From the IMG/VR virus record IMGVR_UViG_3300047446_000164, positions 1,868 through 65,867 of that record: a stretch of DNA of 64,000 bases; one strand, given 5' to 3'. A program made the position numbers and the translations under genes. The stretch comes from a virus (lineage: Duplodnaviria; Caudoviricetes). Positions 46,231 to 55,395 of this stretch are shown piece by piece. The stretch's first letter is position 1. Each line of letters starts with the position of its first letter. The notes below the pieces were generated by a model. That model was not told where the DNA came from, did not search any database, and saw only the letters and a program-made list of their open reading frames with translations.

Positions 46231-47004
46231 ATGGCATCGGTGAAAGACAAGAGGCCCGCCGCTCGAGGTCCAGGCACTAAGTCAGCTAGCAAGCCAGCCT
46301 CGAGCCAGCATCAGCTCGTTGAGAAGGCGGGCAAGAATTTCGAAGACTTCATTCACGGCACTCGCCAGCAAAACGAACGCGCGACGGGATTACACGATCG
46401 TTTGCGCGCCCTTGGCCTGGAGGGCCTGACGACAAGGGAGCAGTTTAAAGACGCGGTACAGGGAACAGACCTAAGCGCAGAAGGTGGCCCGGAGCGCTTC
46501 GTCGAGCTATTGGCGCTGGCGGAGGATTTTGCCTCACTCACGCCTCCGATTGAAGAAACGCCAAGCGCAAATACTAAGTCTGAAGCTGCTGTGGTTGACA
46601 GCCCACCTACAAAAGAAGAAGATCGCCGCATGAGCGCACCAACCCGTGAAGAAATCGACGCCAAACTAGAACTCATCGAGACCCGGATGGACGGGCGACT
46701 CGCGTCTATTGAAAGTTCGGTGCGGGCTTCGATTGCCGAGGCGCAGGATATGCGCCGCGATATAAAGAGCTTAAAAGTTACAATGATCATTACTGCGATA
46801 GCAACTGTTGGCAGTATCGCAGCATTTAACGCAACTGTGCTTTCAAATATGGTCGCTTCGTTCGAGTCTGGCAAGAACACTGCGGCGGCCCAGGCTGACG
46901 TCAAAAGGCAGGCTGAAGATACAGCTGCGCTGCTCAAGAAAATTCAGGAAGATATAGACTCGCGGCGCGCGGCGGAAGCTTCCGCTGTCAAACCTAAGCC
47001 GTAA
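46231..47004 (+). CDS. Coiled-coil membrane-anchored hypothetical protein
   Basis: TREEIDAKL coiled coil then TM; possible internal start near 46630. Confidence 0.65.
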   Translation: MASVKDKRPAARGPGTKSASKPASSQHQLVEKAGKNFEDFIHGTRQQNERATGLHDRLRALGLEGLTTREQFKDAVQGTDLSAEGGPERFVELLALAEDFASLTPPIEETPSANTKSEAAVVDSPPTKEEDRRMSAPTREEIDAKLELIETRMDGRLASIESSVRASIAEAQDMRRDIKSLKVTMIITAIATVGSIAAFNATVLSNMVASFESGKNTAAAQADVKRQAEDTAALLKKIQEDIDSRRAAEASAVKPKP

Positions 47005-47320
47005 AAAAGTCCGCAAGAGCGTCCTTTTACGTAGCCGCTGCCATGTGCACAATGCATTGAAAGCCCAATCATCGCTCCAAGCAAAGTGGAAAGCCTCGTC
47101 TGGAGCGAACAAGAGCGGGGTTATGTTATTAGCAAGACCGCGCCCCCATCCCTTCGTAAGCCCCCCCCCATTCACCAAGTATGTACGACGCGACAAGAAA
47201 CAGTGGCATTATTTCGATAACAAATTTATAATTGATTGTTATCGTATTAATGCAGCCGTGTCGCCCGTTTCGACTTCCGGGTCTGGAGTCGCCTTGGATC
47301 CTCAATTGACTGGATTAGCA

Positions 47321-48004
47321 ATGAACTCATATAAATCTGCCGCGCTTGCCGCCGTTGCCTCGTTGTGCCTGCTATCCACCTCCGCGCAGGCGGCCGGGCC
47401 AGTGCTGATCACCTTCGACGCCGGTGATCCGATCGGCGGCTTGGCTGTGGGCGAAACGCTCGGCAATCAATACGCTGCGTATGGAGTGACGTTTGCCTCC
47501 AGTCCGTTCAATGGACCGGGCGGACCCACTACGAAATGGGCCACCAACACCGACATGACGATCATCTCATCGTCCGGCAACGACATCGGAGGACTTGGCT
47601 CGCCTTCACTGGTAAGTGGCAACATCTTGCACTCGTTCGGTGGCTGGCTCGGTGAAAACGGTGACCCCAGCTTCGTCGCAAAGTTCAGCCAAGGCGTAAC
47701 CTCGTTCAGTGCGGATTTCGCTGGCGTGTTTTACCCCCAATCAGTGGGGCTGTACGCCTACAATGGCACCACCCTGCTCGGTTCAGTCTTTGGCACGGTC
47801 GCTACCGGCCAATTTACGCTGAGCATCGCCAGCGCCAAAACGATCACCAGCGTGGTGATCTCGAACGGGGGCTTCGACGACTGGGTCGGCGTCGACAATA
47901 TCAGCTTTACCAACGTCTCAGCAGTGCCTGAACCGACAACCTACGCCATGTTCGTCCTGGGTCTGGGTCTGCTGGGCTTCATGAGCCGCAAGCGCACCGC
48001 ATGA
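47321..48004 (+). CDS. PEP-CTERM sorting domain protein
   Basis: Signal peptide (AQA) and C-terminal VPEPTTYAMFVLGLGLLGFMSRKR. Confidence 0.95.
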   Translation: MNSYKSAALAAVASLCLLSTSAQAAGPVLITFDAGDPIGGLAVGETLGNQYAAYGVTFASSPFNGPGGPTTKWATNTDMTIISSSGNDIGGLGSPSLVSGNILHSFGGWLGENGDPSFVAKFSQGVTSFSADFAGVFYPQSVGLYAYNGTTLLGSVFGTVATGQFTLSIASAKTITSVVISNGGFDDWVGVDNISFTNVSAVPEPTTYAMFVLGLGLLGFMSRKRTA

Positions 48005-48097
48005 TTCTCCTTCGGGGTCAGGTCCAGCAGCTCTAAACGAGGCGAGCTCATCACGCCTCTATTGTGCGGGTGCGTAACTCCTCAATAACATGCGTGC

Positions 48098-48120
48098 AGC
48101 CCCGCCAGCCGGGGCTTTTT
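48098..48120 (+). terminator. Rho-independent terminator
   Basis: AGCCCCGCCAGCCGGGGCTTTTT. Confidence 0.75.
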
Positions 48121-48384
48121 AACGTCCGCGCACCGTCTGATGCGCGCGGTGAGATCCATCAAACACCACCAAGGAAGTGTTCGAAGATCACTGGAAGGCA
48201 ATTTGCGAGAGTACTGCCATATCATCGTGACAATTCGTTAGATTCCAGCGCTCAACAATGCATACAATGTTGACACTGTTAGCAGCTATGGCGCAAAGGT
48301 GCAGAAGCACCAATGCCCTGACATACTAATTCCTAACATTGTAATTTTATATCCTCACACTATTGCGGGGTTATCTTGATTAAA

Positions 48385-48402
48385 ATTAACCCATAAGTTA
48401 AT
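48385..48402. promoter_or_regulatory. Palindromic operator upstream of the TA toxin
   Basis: ATTAAC-CCATAA-GTTAAT immediately before the toxin start. Confidence 0.6.
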
Positions 48403-48404
48403 AT

Positions 48405-48791
48405 ATGGCTTATCATGTGCTTGTTAAAAAGAAATATGCCGTGGCATGCCTCGAGTCAATTAGTGAGGACTGGACAACAAATTGTCCTGGTTTGGATTTC
48501 TTAGCTAAGGCGCACAACGATGCGAATACCCGTAAAAGCTGTAATGGCTACAGTGCGATGTTCCACCACATTGCTGAGCATGGTCCAGGCTCCCTTACTG
48601 GCGCTATGTCCCATGAGGCAAACAAAGAAAATTCAATCATGGAGCTCATTAAGGGGCGTCTACGCCTCTTGTACTTCACTGACGGCGACACCATTTACAT
48701 TACGAACGGCTACCTGAAGAGCTCCCAAAAGGCCGACCCTGCTGAGGTAGCCCGAGCAATCAGCGCTCGAAACGCATTTTATAAAAAATAA
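48405..48791 (+). CDS. HigB/RelE-family (Gp49-like) toxin
   Basis: IMELIKGRLRLLYF...ITNGYLKSSQK..P.E; toxin-first order. Confidence 0.85.
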   Translation: MAYHVLVKKKYAVACLESISEDWTTNCPGLDFLAKAHNDANTRKSCNGYSAMFHHIAEHGPGSLTGAMSHEANKENSIMELIKGRLRLLYFTDGDTIYITNGYLKSSQKADPAEVARAISARNAFYKK

Positions 48792-48809
48792 TATCCATAG
48801 GAGTTTACG

Positions 48810-49226
48810 ATGAAATCCGCAGAGCTCGCTGCCTGGTTCAATTCACTTCCAGTTGATGCTGCAGAAACGATCAAACTGGAATTCGCTATCGCTATTGATG
48901 CTGCGATCAAGAGCAAAAATATGACCCGCAAGCAGGTAGCGGATGCTGTCGCGACCAGTCCAGCCTGGGTTACTAAGGTCCTGCGTGGCGACGTCAATTT
49001 GACGATCGAAAGCATGGCGAAATTGTGTCAAGCGATTGATCATAAATTGGAAATCAAAGTAGCTCGACGCCAAGCGATTGCTCAGTCCAATGTCGTTAGT
49101 CACTCAGAGTTTTTGAGTAGGAACACCGCGCGAGTGAAGACCCGAGGTGCATTCGAGTTTGAGATGCTTACCGGCTCAAGCGGAATGTTAATTTGCAATG
49201 ATAATGAGTACGCGAATGCAGCTTAG
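48810..49226 (+). CDS. HigA-like Xre antitoxin with C-terminal extension
   Basis: HTH TRKQVADAVATSPAWVTKVLRGDVNLTIESM plus a ~55-aa tail. Confidence 0.85.
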   Translation: MKSAELAAWFNSLPVDAAETIKLEFAIAIDAAIKSKNMTRKQVADAVATSPAWVTKVLRGDVNLTIESMAKLCQAIDHKLEIKVARRQAIAQSNVVSHSEFLSRNTARVKTRGAFEFEMLTGSSGMLICNDNEYANAA

Positions 49227-49767
49227 TCCATTACAGCTTGAGGATCTCAGATTCGTTCACGTTTGCATTGAGCCTCGTGAAGTTCCTGACTTCAAAGACT
49301 TTGATAAAGTCTTCACACCCTATGAATTTGGGAATACAAAATTTACCTCGACGGTTGAGCACGTGCAGGCGCCAGACGAAGAGGATAGTCCTACGACCAA
49401 GTTTATTGTCGGCCTGACCCTGCAACTGCCGGACGAAGGGGATACACCCCCCCCTTATATCATTGACGTCAAGTGCATCGGTTACTTTACCATCGATAAA
49501 GGCGCATTCCCTGATTCCGTCAAGCGCTATGATGTTGGCGTGGTGAATGGCGCCTCGCTACTCTATGGGGCCATGCGCGAGATGATTGCAACCACCACCT
49601 CTCGTCTGTGGTATGGCAAGATGTTTCTACCAGCAGTTAACTTTCTTGCAAACGCCCCCAGTAAGGGGGATCACGAGGAGTACACACCCTCGAAGGTCGC
49701 GCCTGCCAAGGCAAGGCCGAAGCGGAAAGCGAGTGCATCGAACAAGCGCTCGGTTGAACCGCTGTAA
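49216..49767 (+). CDS. SecB-like chaperone
   Basis: SPLQL, PYIIDVKCIGYF, NGASLLYGAMREMI...SR...LPAVNF. Confidence 0.85.
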   Translation: MQLSPLQLEDLRFVHVCIEPREVPDFKDFDKVFTPYEFGNTKFTSTVEHVQAPDEEDSPTTKFIVGLTLQLPDEGDTPPPYIIDVKCIGYFTIDKGAFPDSVKRYDVGVVNGASLLYGAMREMIATTTSRLWYGKMFLPAVNFLANAPSKGDHEEYTPSKVAPAKARPKRKASASNKRSVEPL

Positions 49768-49865
49768 ATTTCCTTCCCTGCGAAGCCTGTGTCGTCAGGC
49801 TTCCATCGAATTTGCGTAGTCTCTTGACCCCACCGATATTTCGTTTCCCCGTCAGTACTATAGCT

Positions 49866-50120
49866 GTGAGGCAGTTCAGCCTCGCCGTCATCCTGGTCGA
49901 CCCAGAGCTGACCTATACAACGCCCGGCGCGCGCCTGATCGCCGAGGCCCAGCGATACTTCCCCGCCCTTCCCATCATCCTGGTGTCGCCCCGCATCGGC
50001 GGCTTCTCGCGCAGCTTCGCGCACTTCGACACCACCAACATCATTAAGCACATCAATACGGATGAGATTGACTGGCGGCCTGTAGTGCTGCCGGCTGAGG
50101 CTAGTGAGCTACCTTTTTAA
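49866..50120 (+). CDS. Hypothetical protein
   Basis: ORF with YFPALPIILVS; start uncertain. Confidence 0.55.
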   Translation: MRQFSLAVILVDPELTYTTPGARLIAEAQRYFPALPIILVSPRIGGFSRSFAHFDTTNIIKHINTDEIDWRPVVLPAEASELPF

Positions 50121-50146
50121 CAGGATACAAAAATTTATCTCTTTTT

Positions 50147-50188
50147 ATTAGTCCGACTGTTGACTTAAATAAGTAGTCGGACTAATAT
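50147..50188 (+). promoter_or_regulatory. pL promoter with two oL operators
   Basis: TTGACT-17-TAATAT; AGTCCGACT at 50150 and AGTCGGACT at 50175 match oR. Confidence 0.85.
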
Positions 50189-50328
50189 TACGCCATCGAC
50201 GCACCAACCACGATGGAGAACGAAATGTCCCAAGCCGAACTCGCCGCAATCGCAGAAGCCGCCCGCCGCGGTGATGCCGCCTTCGCTGCTCAGCAAGCAG
50301 CCGCAGCCTCCAAGCAAGGCTAAATCCC

Positions 50329-50733
50329 ATGAACGCGCCAATCTCCGCCGCCTTGCTCCAGCTGCGCGCTGGCGCCATCGCCACGCCGGTAATGCAGGGC
50401 GACGAGCCGCTGCGCACCGTGTACGTGGTCCAGCAGCCGCTGGTCCCGACCACCGCCCGCCTGCTGCGCGCTGGTTACGAGCATGACGGCCTGCGGATCG
50501 ACCTGTACGGAACGCTGGACTCCGCAGGCTACGAAGTTGAGCACGTTGCGCTCACCGGCGCGCTCGACCAGATCGATGTCGGCGCGTGGTTGACGCGGGA
50601 GCAAATGCGCCAGATGAGCGATTGGTGCGACCGCCACCTGCCGAGCACGCACGAACTGAAGCTGGTCTCGCAGCAAGAAGCACGCGCCGAGCGCATGCAG
50701 TGGCAGCGCAACTTTGCGGCCGAGCCACCTTGA
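50329..50733 (+). CDS. Hypothetical early protein
   Basis: 134-aa ORF; preceded by a 32-aa ORF at 50225-50323. Confidence 0.65.
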   Translation: MNAPISAALLQLRAGAIATPVMQGDEPLRTVYVVQQPLVPTTARLLRAGYEHDGLRIDLYGTLDSAGYEVEHVALTGALDQIDVGAWLTREQMRQMSDWCDRHLPSTHELKLVSQQEARAERMQWQRNFAAEPP

Positions 50734-51562
50734 ACCGAAACCGGAGCGCGCTGCCCCGGAGCACAACGCAGCGATAGCCGATGGCCAGGCGATAGAACCG
50801 CGCCCAGTGGGATCTGTATGCCTCGACTTCGCCGCTCGGTCGGCCCATCCCGGGCAAGCGCGGCACCAACTTCAAGGAACGCAGCGTGAAGAAACAAGTG
50901 ATCGTAATCGCGGTGTTCGCTGGGTGCTGCGGCCTGCTGTGGCTGCTGGTGCAGATCGGGCCGCAGCACCGCCCCAGCGCCGATCTGTTCGAGCGCCTGA
51001 AGGGCAAGTAATACCCGTCCCGCGCCGGTGAAGCGCGGGAACCACATAACCAGCCCTTGCCCTCGTAAGCCTACCAACGGCTTGCGCGAAGGCGGAAGCG
51101 TAGGCCGAGACACGGCGAGGGACGACAGGGGCTGGCTATGTGGTGAAAGTAGGGAAAGCGGCTGAGCGCGGCCTCGCGGAGTGCCGGCGGCGAACAGCGC
51201 CAGGATCGAAGATCTACCACACGCAGCGAGCGGCGTACGCGCTCCCCAAAACAACGAAGTCAATAGGGAGCGCAGGATGAACAGCACGAATCACTGGCAA
51301 GCGAAATACCCGGGCGGGCTCTTCTGGACCAACGTGCCGGCGGTCCTCGTACAAAACTTAATTGCCTGCGGCTTCAAGGTGCGCCCTCCGCGCGCTGCAA
51401 GCCTCTCGCAAACGCAGGTGTTTGCATGATGGCGCGCATCCTATTCGGCACGCCGGGCGACTGGTGCGGCCGCCACCCGCGCGTAATGCTAGGCGCCGTG
51501 CTGCTGCTCACCGTGCTGTCGCAATGGCTGGTCGACCTGGTGCTTCCCCCGGTGGTGATGTC

Positions 51563-51832
51563 ATGAGCGCCAACGAACGCGGCCTGCTGGCGCAACTGTT
51601 CGGCGCGGAACCATCGCAGGCGGAAGTAGCATGCCGCCGAATCATGACGCTGTTCGCCGACAACTCCCGCATGAGCGATCACGAGCTGCGCGTATACGAA
51701 ATCGCGATGGAAGGCCTGAGCATTCCGGCGCCACAGCGCCGCGTGCAGCTGCAAGCCGCGATCCAGCTGAAGCGCGACCGCGTCATGGCGATGTATGCCG
51801 CCCGCCAGGAGGCCCGCCGTGAAGCTGCGTGA
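51563..51832 (+). CDS. Hypothetical early protein
   Basis: One of several coupled small ORFs (51277, 51426, 51563, 51819, 51950). Confidence 0.55.
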   Translation: MSANERGLLAQLFGAEPSQAEVACRRIMTLFADNSRMSDHELRVYEIAMEGLSIPAPQRRVQLQAAIQLKRDRVMAMYAARQEARREAA

Positions 51833-52083
51833 CGTCGTGACCATCGCCCTGCTGTGCCTGCTGATCGCCAGCGCCTACGCCTTCATGCAGCAGGCCGACG
51901 AAGAGGCGGCGCAGCGCGACCAAGTGGTGTGGGCCGGGAAAGCGGACAAATGACCGCCCTCGTCCACGTCGCCAGCCAGGCGCTGCGCAACCTGCGCGCC
52001 GGCCACCGCCCGCAACACGCTGTACGCCTTGCCCTGCTCAATGCAGCTTTAACGAAGTTAGACCGGAGAATGAAATGGGAAGC

Positions 52084-52941
52084 ATGAACGAAGTACTGGA
52101 TATGGAGCAGCCTGCCAGCGACCAGCGCGCCGTCGCCAAGGCAGCGTCGCACGCGGTCTCAGTAATTCCGACCACACCTTTCGAGTTGGTCGCCCACGCG
52201 GCGGCGCGCGGCGCATCCATGGACGAGCTGCGCACCTTCATCGAATTGCAAGAGCGCCTCGAGGCGAATCAGGCTCGCAAAGCCTACGTCGCCGCCATGG
52301 CTGAGTTCAAGCGCAATCCGCCGCAGATCATGAAAGATAAAGCCGTTGGCTACTACAACAAGGATGGCTCCTTCACCGGTTACAAGCATTCGACGCTGGG
52401 TGCGGTGTGTGGCGCCGTGGTCGAGGCGCTGGGTACGCACGGATTCTCGCACCGCTGGGATACCGAGCAGCCGGACAGCGGCCTAATCGAGGTGACCTGC
52501 GCGATCACCCACGCCATGGGTCACTCGGAAGTAACGCGCATGGTCGCGCCGCCGGACAACTCGGGCAAGAAAAATGCCATCCAGCAGGTGGCCTCGACCA
52601 TCACGTACTTGCAGCGTTACACCCTACTGGCGGCCTGCGGCCTCGCCACGAACGAGCAGTTGGACGATGACGGACACGGTGGTGCTGATGACCCGCACGC
52701 TGCCGGGCCGCAGGCCGGCGCGGACGATAAACGTCAGCCGCAACCAGAAGGCCCACCGCCATGCAGTGACCAGCAATTCGAAGTCGAAGCTCCGAAATGG
52801 CGCAAGACGGTTGAGAGCGGCAAGAAAACGCCGGAACAGCTGCTCGCGATGGTAAGCACGCGCGCCGCGTTCACTGAAGCACAGAAAAAAGCAATCCTGT
52901 CCTGGAAACAAAAACCGGCTTCGGCCGCCAACGAGGAATAA
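52084..52941 (+). CDS. ERF-family ssDNA annealing protein
   Basis: GYKHSTL, ITHAMGHSE, QQVASTITYLQRYTL, DDDG. Confidence 0.88.
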   Translation: MNEVLDMEQPASDQRAVAKAASHAVSVIPTTPFELVAHAAARGASMDELRTFIELQERLEANQARKAYVAAMAEFKRNPPQIMKDKAVGYYNKDGSFTGYKHSTLGAVCGAVVEALGTHGFSHRWDTEQPDSGLIEVTCAITHAMGHSEVTRMVAPPDNSGKKNAIQQVASTITYLQRYTLLAACGLATNEQLDDDGHGGADDPHAAGPQAGADDKRQPQPEGPPPCSDQQFEVEAPKWRKTVESGKKTPEQLLAMVSTRAAFTEAQKKAILSWKQKPASAANEE

Positions 52942-52943
52942 TC

Positions 52944-54824
52944 ATGCAGCGCGAAACCACACTGACCCGCGAAATTCACCATCTGCTGCAAGGCAGCGAC
53001 GAATGGCACGCATTCCGCTTCAACCACCATGGCGCCAGCGAGGCGGCAGCCATGCTGGGCCTGTCGAAGAAAGTCACCCGTGACGAATTGGTGCGCATGA
53101 AGGCCACCGGCCTGGCCAAAGAATTCAGCGACTGGGTGCAGGAAAACATCCTGGACTACGGCCACGAAGTCGAAGCACTGGCGCGCCCGTTCGCTGAGCG
53201 AATCATCGGTGACGAGCTGTATCCAGTGACCCTGTCGCTGGGCCGCGAGAGTGCATCCTGCGACGGTCTAGATATGGCTGAAACCATCGGCTTCGAACAC
53301 AAGCAGTGGAATGCCGAACTGGCCGCATCGGTCGCGGCCGGCGTGCTGCCCGATGAGCACGCGCCGCAGGTCCAGCAGCAGCTGATGGTGTCCGGCGCCG
53401 AGAAATGGTTGTTCATGGTTTCGGGCGGTACCGGGGACAACATGGTGTGGATGTGGGTGCACCCGGACGCCGCTCGCTTCGACCAGATCCGCGCCGGCTG
53501 GGAACAGTTCGACATCGACGTCGCCAACTACACGCAGGTCCACCACGCCGTAAAACCAGAAGCCGCGCCAGCCGCCGCCCTACCCGCGCTGGTCGTGCAG
53601 ACCGAAGGCAAGGTGGTCAGCAGCAACCTGATGGTGTACCAGAAGGCCGCCGAGAAGTTCCTGACGACGATCAAGACCGACCTGCAGGATGATCAGGACT
53701 TCGCGGACGCCGAGTACAACGTCAAATTCTGCGGCGAGGCCGAGCAAAAACTGGAGCTGGCGAAAGCCGCTGCGCTGGCGCAGACATCGACCATTGACGA
53801 AGTGCTGCGCACGGTCGACCACATCAAGGCCCAGTTCCGCGCCAAGCGCCTGGAACTGGAAAAGCTGGTCAAGACCCGCAAAGAGCAGATCAAGGAAACC
53901 ATCCTGAACGAGGGCAAGCGCGATTATGCGGACCACGTCGCGGCGCTGGAGAAGGAAATCACCCCGCTGCGCCTGGCGCTGCCGCAGCCAGACTTCGCCG
54001 GCGCGATGAAGAGCCTGCGCACGCTGTCCAGCCTGCACAACGCCGTGAACACCACTCTGGCAAACGCAAAGGTCGCCGCCAGCCAGCAGGCCGCCGACTA
54101 CCGCGCCAAGCAGGCCTGGTGCAAGGAGCATGCCGCCGGCTACGGGCACCTGTTCATGGACATGGCCCAGATTATCGGCAAGGCGATGGACGACTTCCAG
54201 CTGGTGGTGACCACGCGTATCGACAAGCACAAGGCCGACGAAAAGGCCAAAGAAGATGCGCTGCGCGCGCGAATCGCCGCCCAAGAGCAGGCCAAGGCCG
54301 AAGCTGCCGCCGCCGAGAAATTGGCCGCCGAGCGTAAGGCAGACGCTGAGCGCCAAGCTGCAGAACAGGCGCGTGTCGCCGCCGAGACGAAGCGCCAACT
54401 GGAGGCTCAGGCTGCACAGCTTGCCGCGCAGCGCCAAGCCGACGAGCAACGCGCTCACCAAGCCGCCCAGGAACAGCGCCCTACTACGGCCGGCGCCGCA
54501 ATCGCGCAGGCAAACGCCCTTGCCGAACAGGCGCGCCTGACCGACTTGGCGGACACGCAAGTTGCGGTCGCAGAGCTCCCGCCTGTCGGCGACCTGTTCA
54601 GCTTCCCGATCGCAGCACCGGACGCGTTGCCGACGCTCAAGCTGGGCCAGATCAACGAGCGCATCGCACCGCTGGCCATCACCGTCGACGGCCTGCGCGC
54701 CTTGGGCTTCGAGCCGGCCGCCACCGACCGCGCATCGAAGTTGTACCACGAAGCCGAATTCCCGCGCATGTGCGCCGCCATGATGCGTCACATCAGCGCT
54801 GCACAGGCCAAATTTGCAGCATAA
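52944..54824 (+). CDS. YqaJ-type exonuclease with long coiled coil
   Basis: QGSDEWHAFR, GASEAAAMLG, GHEVE, ASCDG, FEHK. Confidence 0.9.
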   Translation: MQRETTLTREIHHLLQGSDEWHAFRFNHHGASEAAAMLGLSKKVTRDELVRMKATGLAKEFSDWVQENILDYGHEVEALARPFAERIIGDELYPVTLSLGRESASCDGLDMAETIGFEHKQWNAELAASVAAGVLPDEHAPQVQQQLMVSGAEKWLFMVSGGTGDNMVWMWVHPDAARFDQIRAGWEQFDIDVANYTQVHHAVKPEAAPAAALPALVVQTEGKVVSSNLMVYQKAAEKFLTTIKTDLQDDQDFADAEYNVKFCGEAEQKLELAKAAALAQTSTIDEVLRTVDHIKAQFRAKRLELEKLVKTRKEQIKETILNEGKRDYADHVAALEKEITPLRLALPQPDFAGAMKSLRTLSSLHNAVNTTLANAKVAASQQAADYRAKQAWCKEHAAGYGHLFMDMAQIIGKAMDDFQLVVTTRIDKHKADEKAKEDALRARIAAQEQAKAEAAAAEKLAAERKADAERQAAEQARVAAETKRQLEAQAAQLAAQRQADEQRAHQAAQEQRPTTAGAAIAQANALAEQARLTDLADTQVAVAELPPVGDLFSFPIAAPDALPTLKLGQINERIAPLAITVDGLRALGFEPAATDRASKLYHEAEFPRMCAAMMRHISAAQAKFAA

Positions 54825-54847
54825 CCACCAACCACAAGGAGAACACC

Positions 54848-55159
54848 ATGCACACCGCAAATTCCATCCCGCTGATGAAGGTCGAATCGTCGCAGATCGT
54901 AGCCATCGGCCACGACGCCGCGAGCCAGACCCTGGCCATCCAGTTCTTCCACAAGGGCGCGCCGGGCAACGTCTACCACTACGGCAACTTCACCGCCGAG
55001 GAATACACCGCTTTCGCCGGCGCGGAATCGATCGGCCGCCACTTCAAGCAGCACATCAAGCCGCACGCCGAGAAGCACCCGTACCAGAACATGGGCGTAG
55101 CTTCGCCGGCGCCGGCCGCCGAGGTCGCAGCCGAGCAACAGCAGGAGCAATCAGCGTGA
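54848..55159 (+). CDS. KTSC-domain protein
   Basis: VESSQIVAIGHD..LAIQF...YHY...AESIGRHF. Confidence 0.85.
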   Translation: MHTANSIPLMKVESSQIVAIGHDAASQTLAIQFFHKGAPGNVYHYGNFTAEEYTAFAGAESIGRHFKQHIKPHAEKHPYQNMGVASPAPAAEVAAEQQQEQSA

Positions 55160-55395
55160 GCCGTCGTCCACCAACGGCTGCCCAGCTGCAGGCGGCCTGC
55201 GACAAGTTCAACGCCGCGCACCAGGTCGGCGCCGCCGTCACTGTGCTGCTGGACGGCGGCGAAGTACGCGAGACGGTCACCACCAGCGAGGCTCAGGTGC
55301 TGAGCGGTCACAGTGCGGTGATCTGGCTGGCAGGCATCAGCGGCTACTACCTTCTGGATCGCGTGACGCCGCTGGCGCCCAAGGCGGCAGCATGA
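55156..55395 (+). CDS. Hypothetical protein
   Basis: GTG start coupled to the KTSC stop. Confidence 0.6.
   Translation: MSRRPPTAAQLQAACDKFNAAHQVGAAVTVLLDGGEVRETVTTSEAQVLSGHSAVIWLAGISGYYLLDRVTPLAPKAAA

Noticed and set aside
47161-47169. C9 tract as a phase-variation switch
   Set aside because: About 150 bp from the start and not within an identifiable promoter spacer; no variation evidence
47200-47220. Sigma54 promoter for the PEP-CTERM gene
   Set aside because: TGGCA is present but there is no GC at the -12 position
50795-50870. tRNA (ends in CACCA)
   Set aside because: No TTCRA T-loop, D arm or anticodon arm
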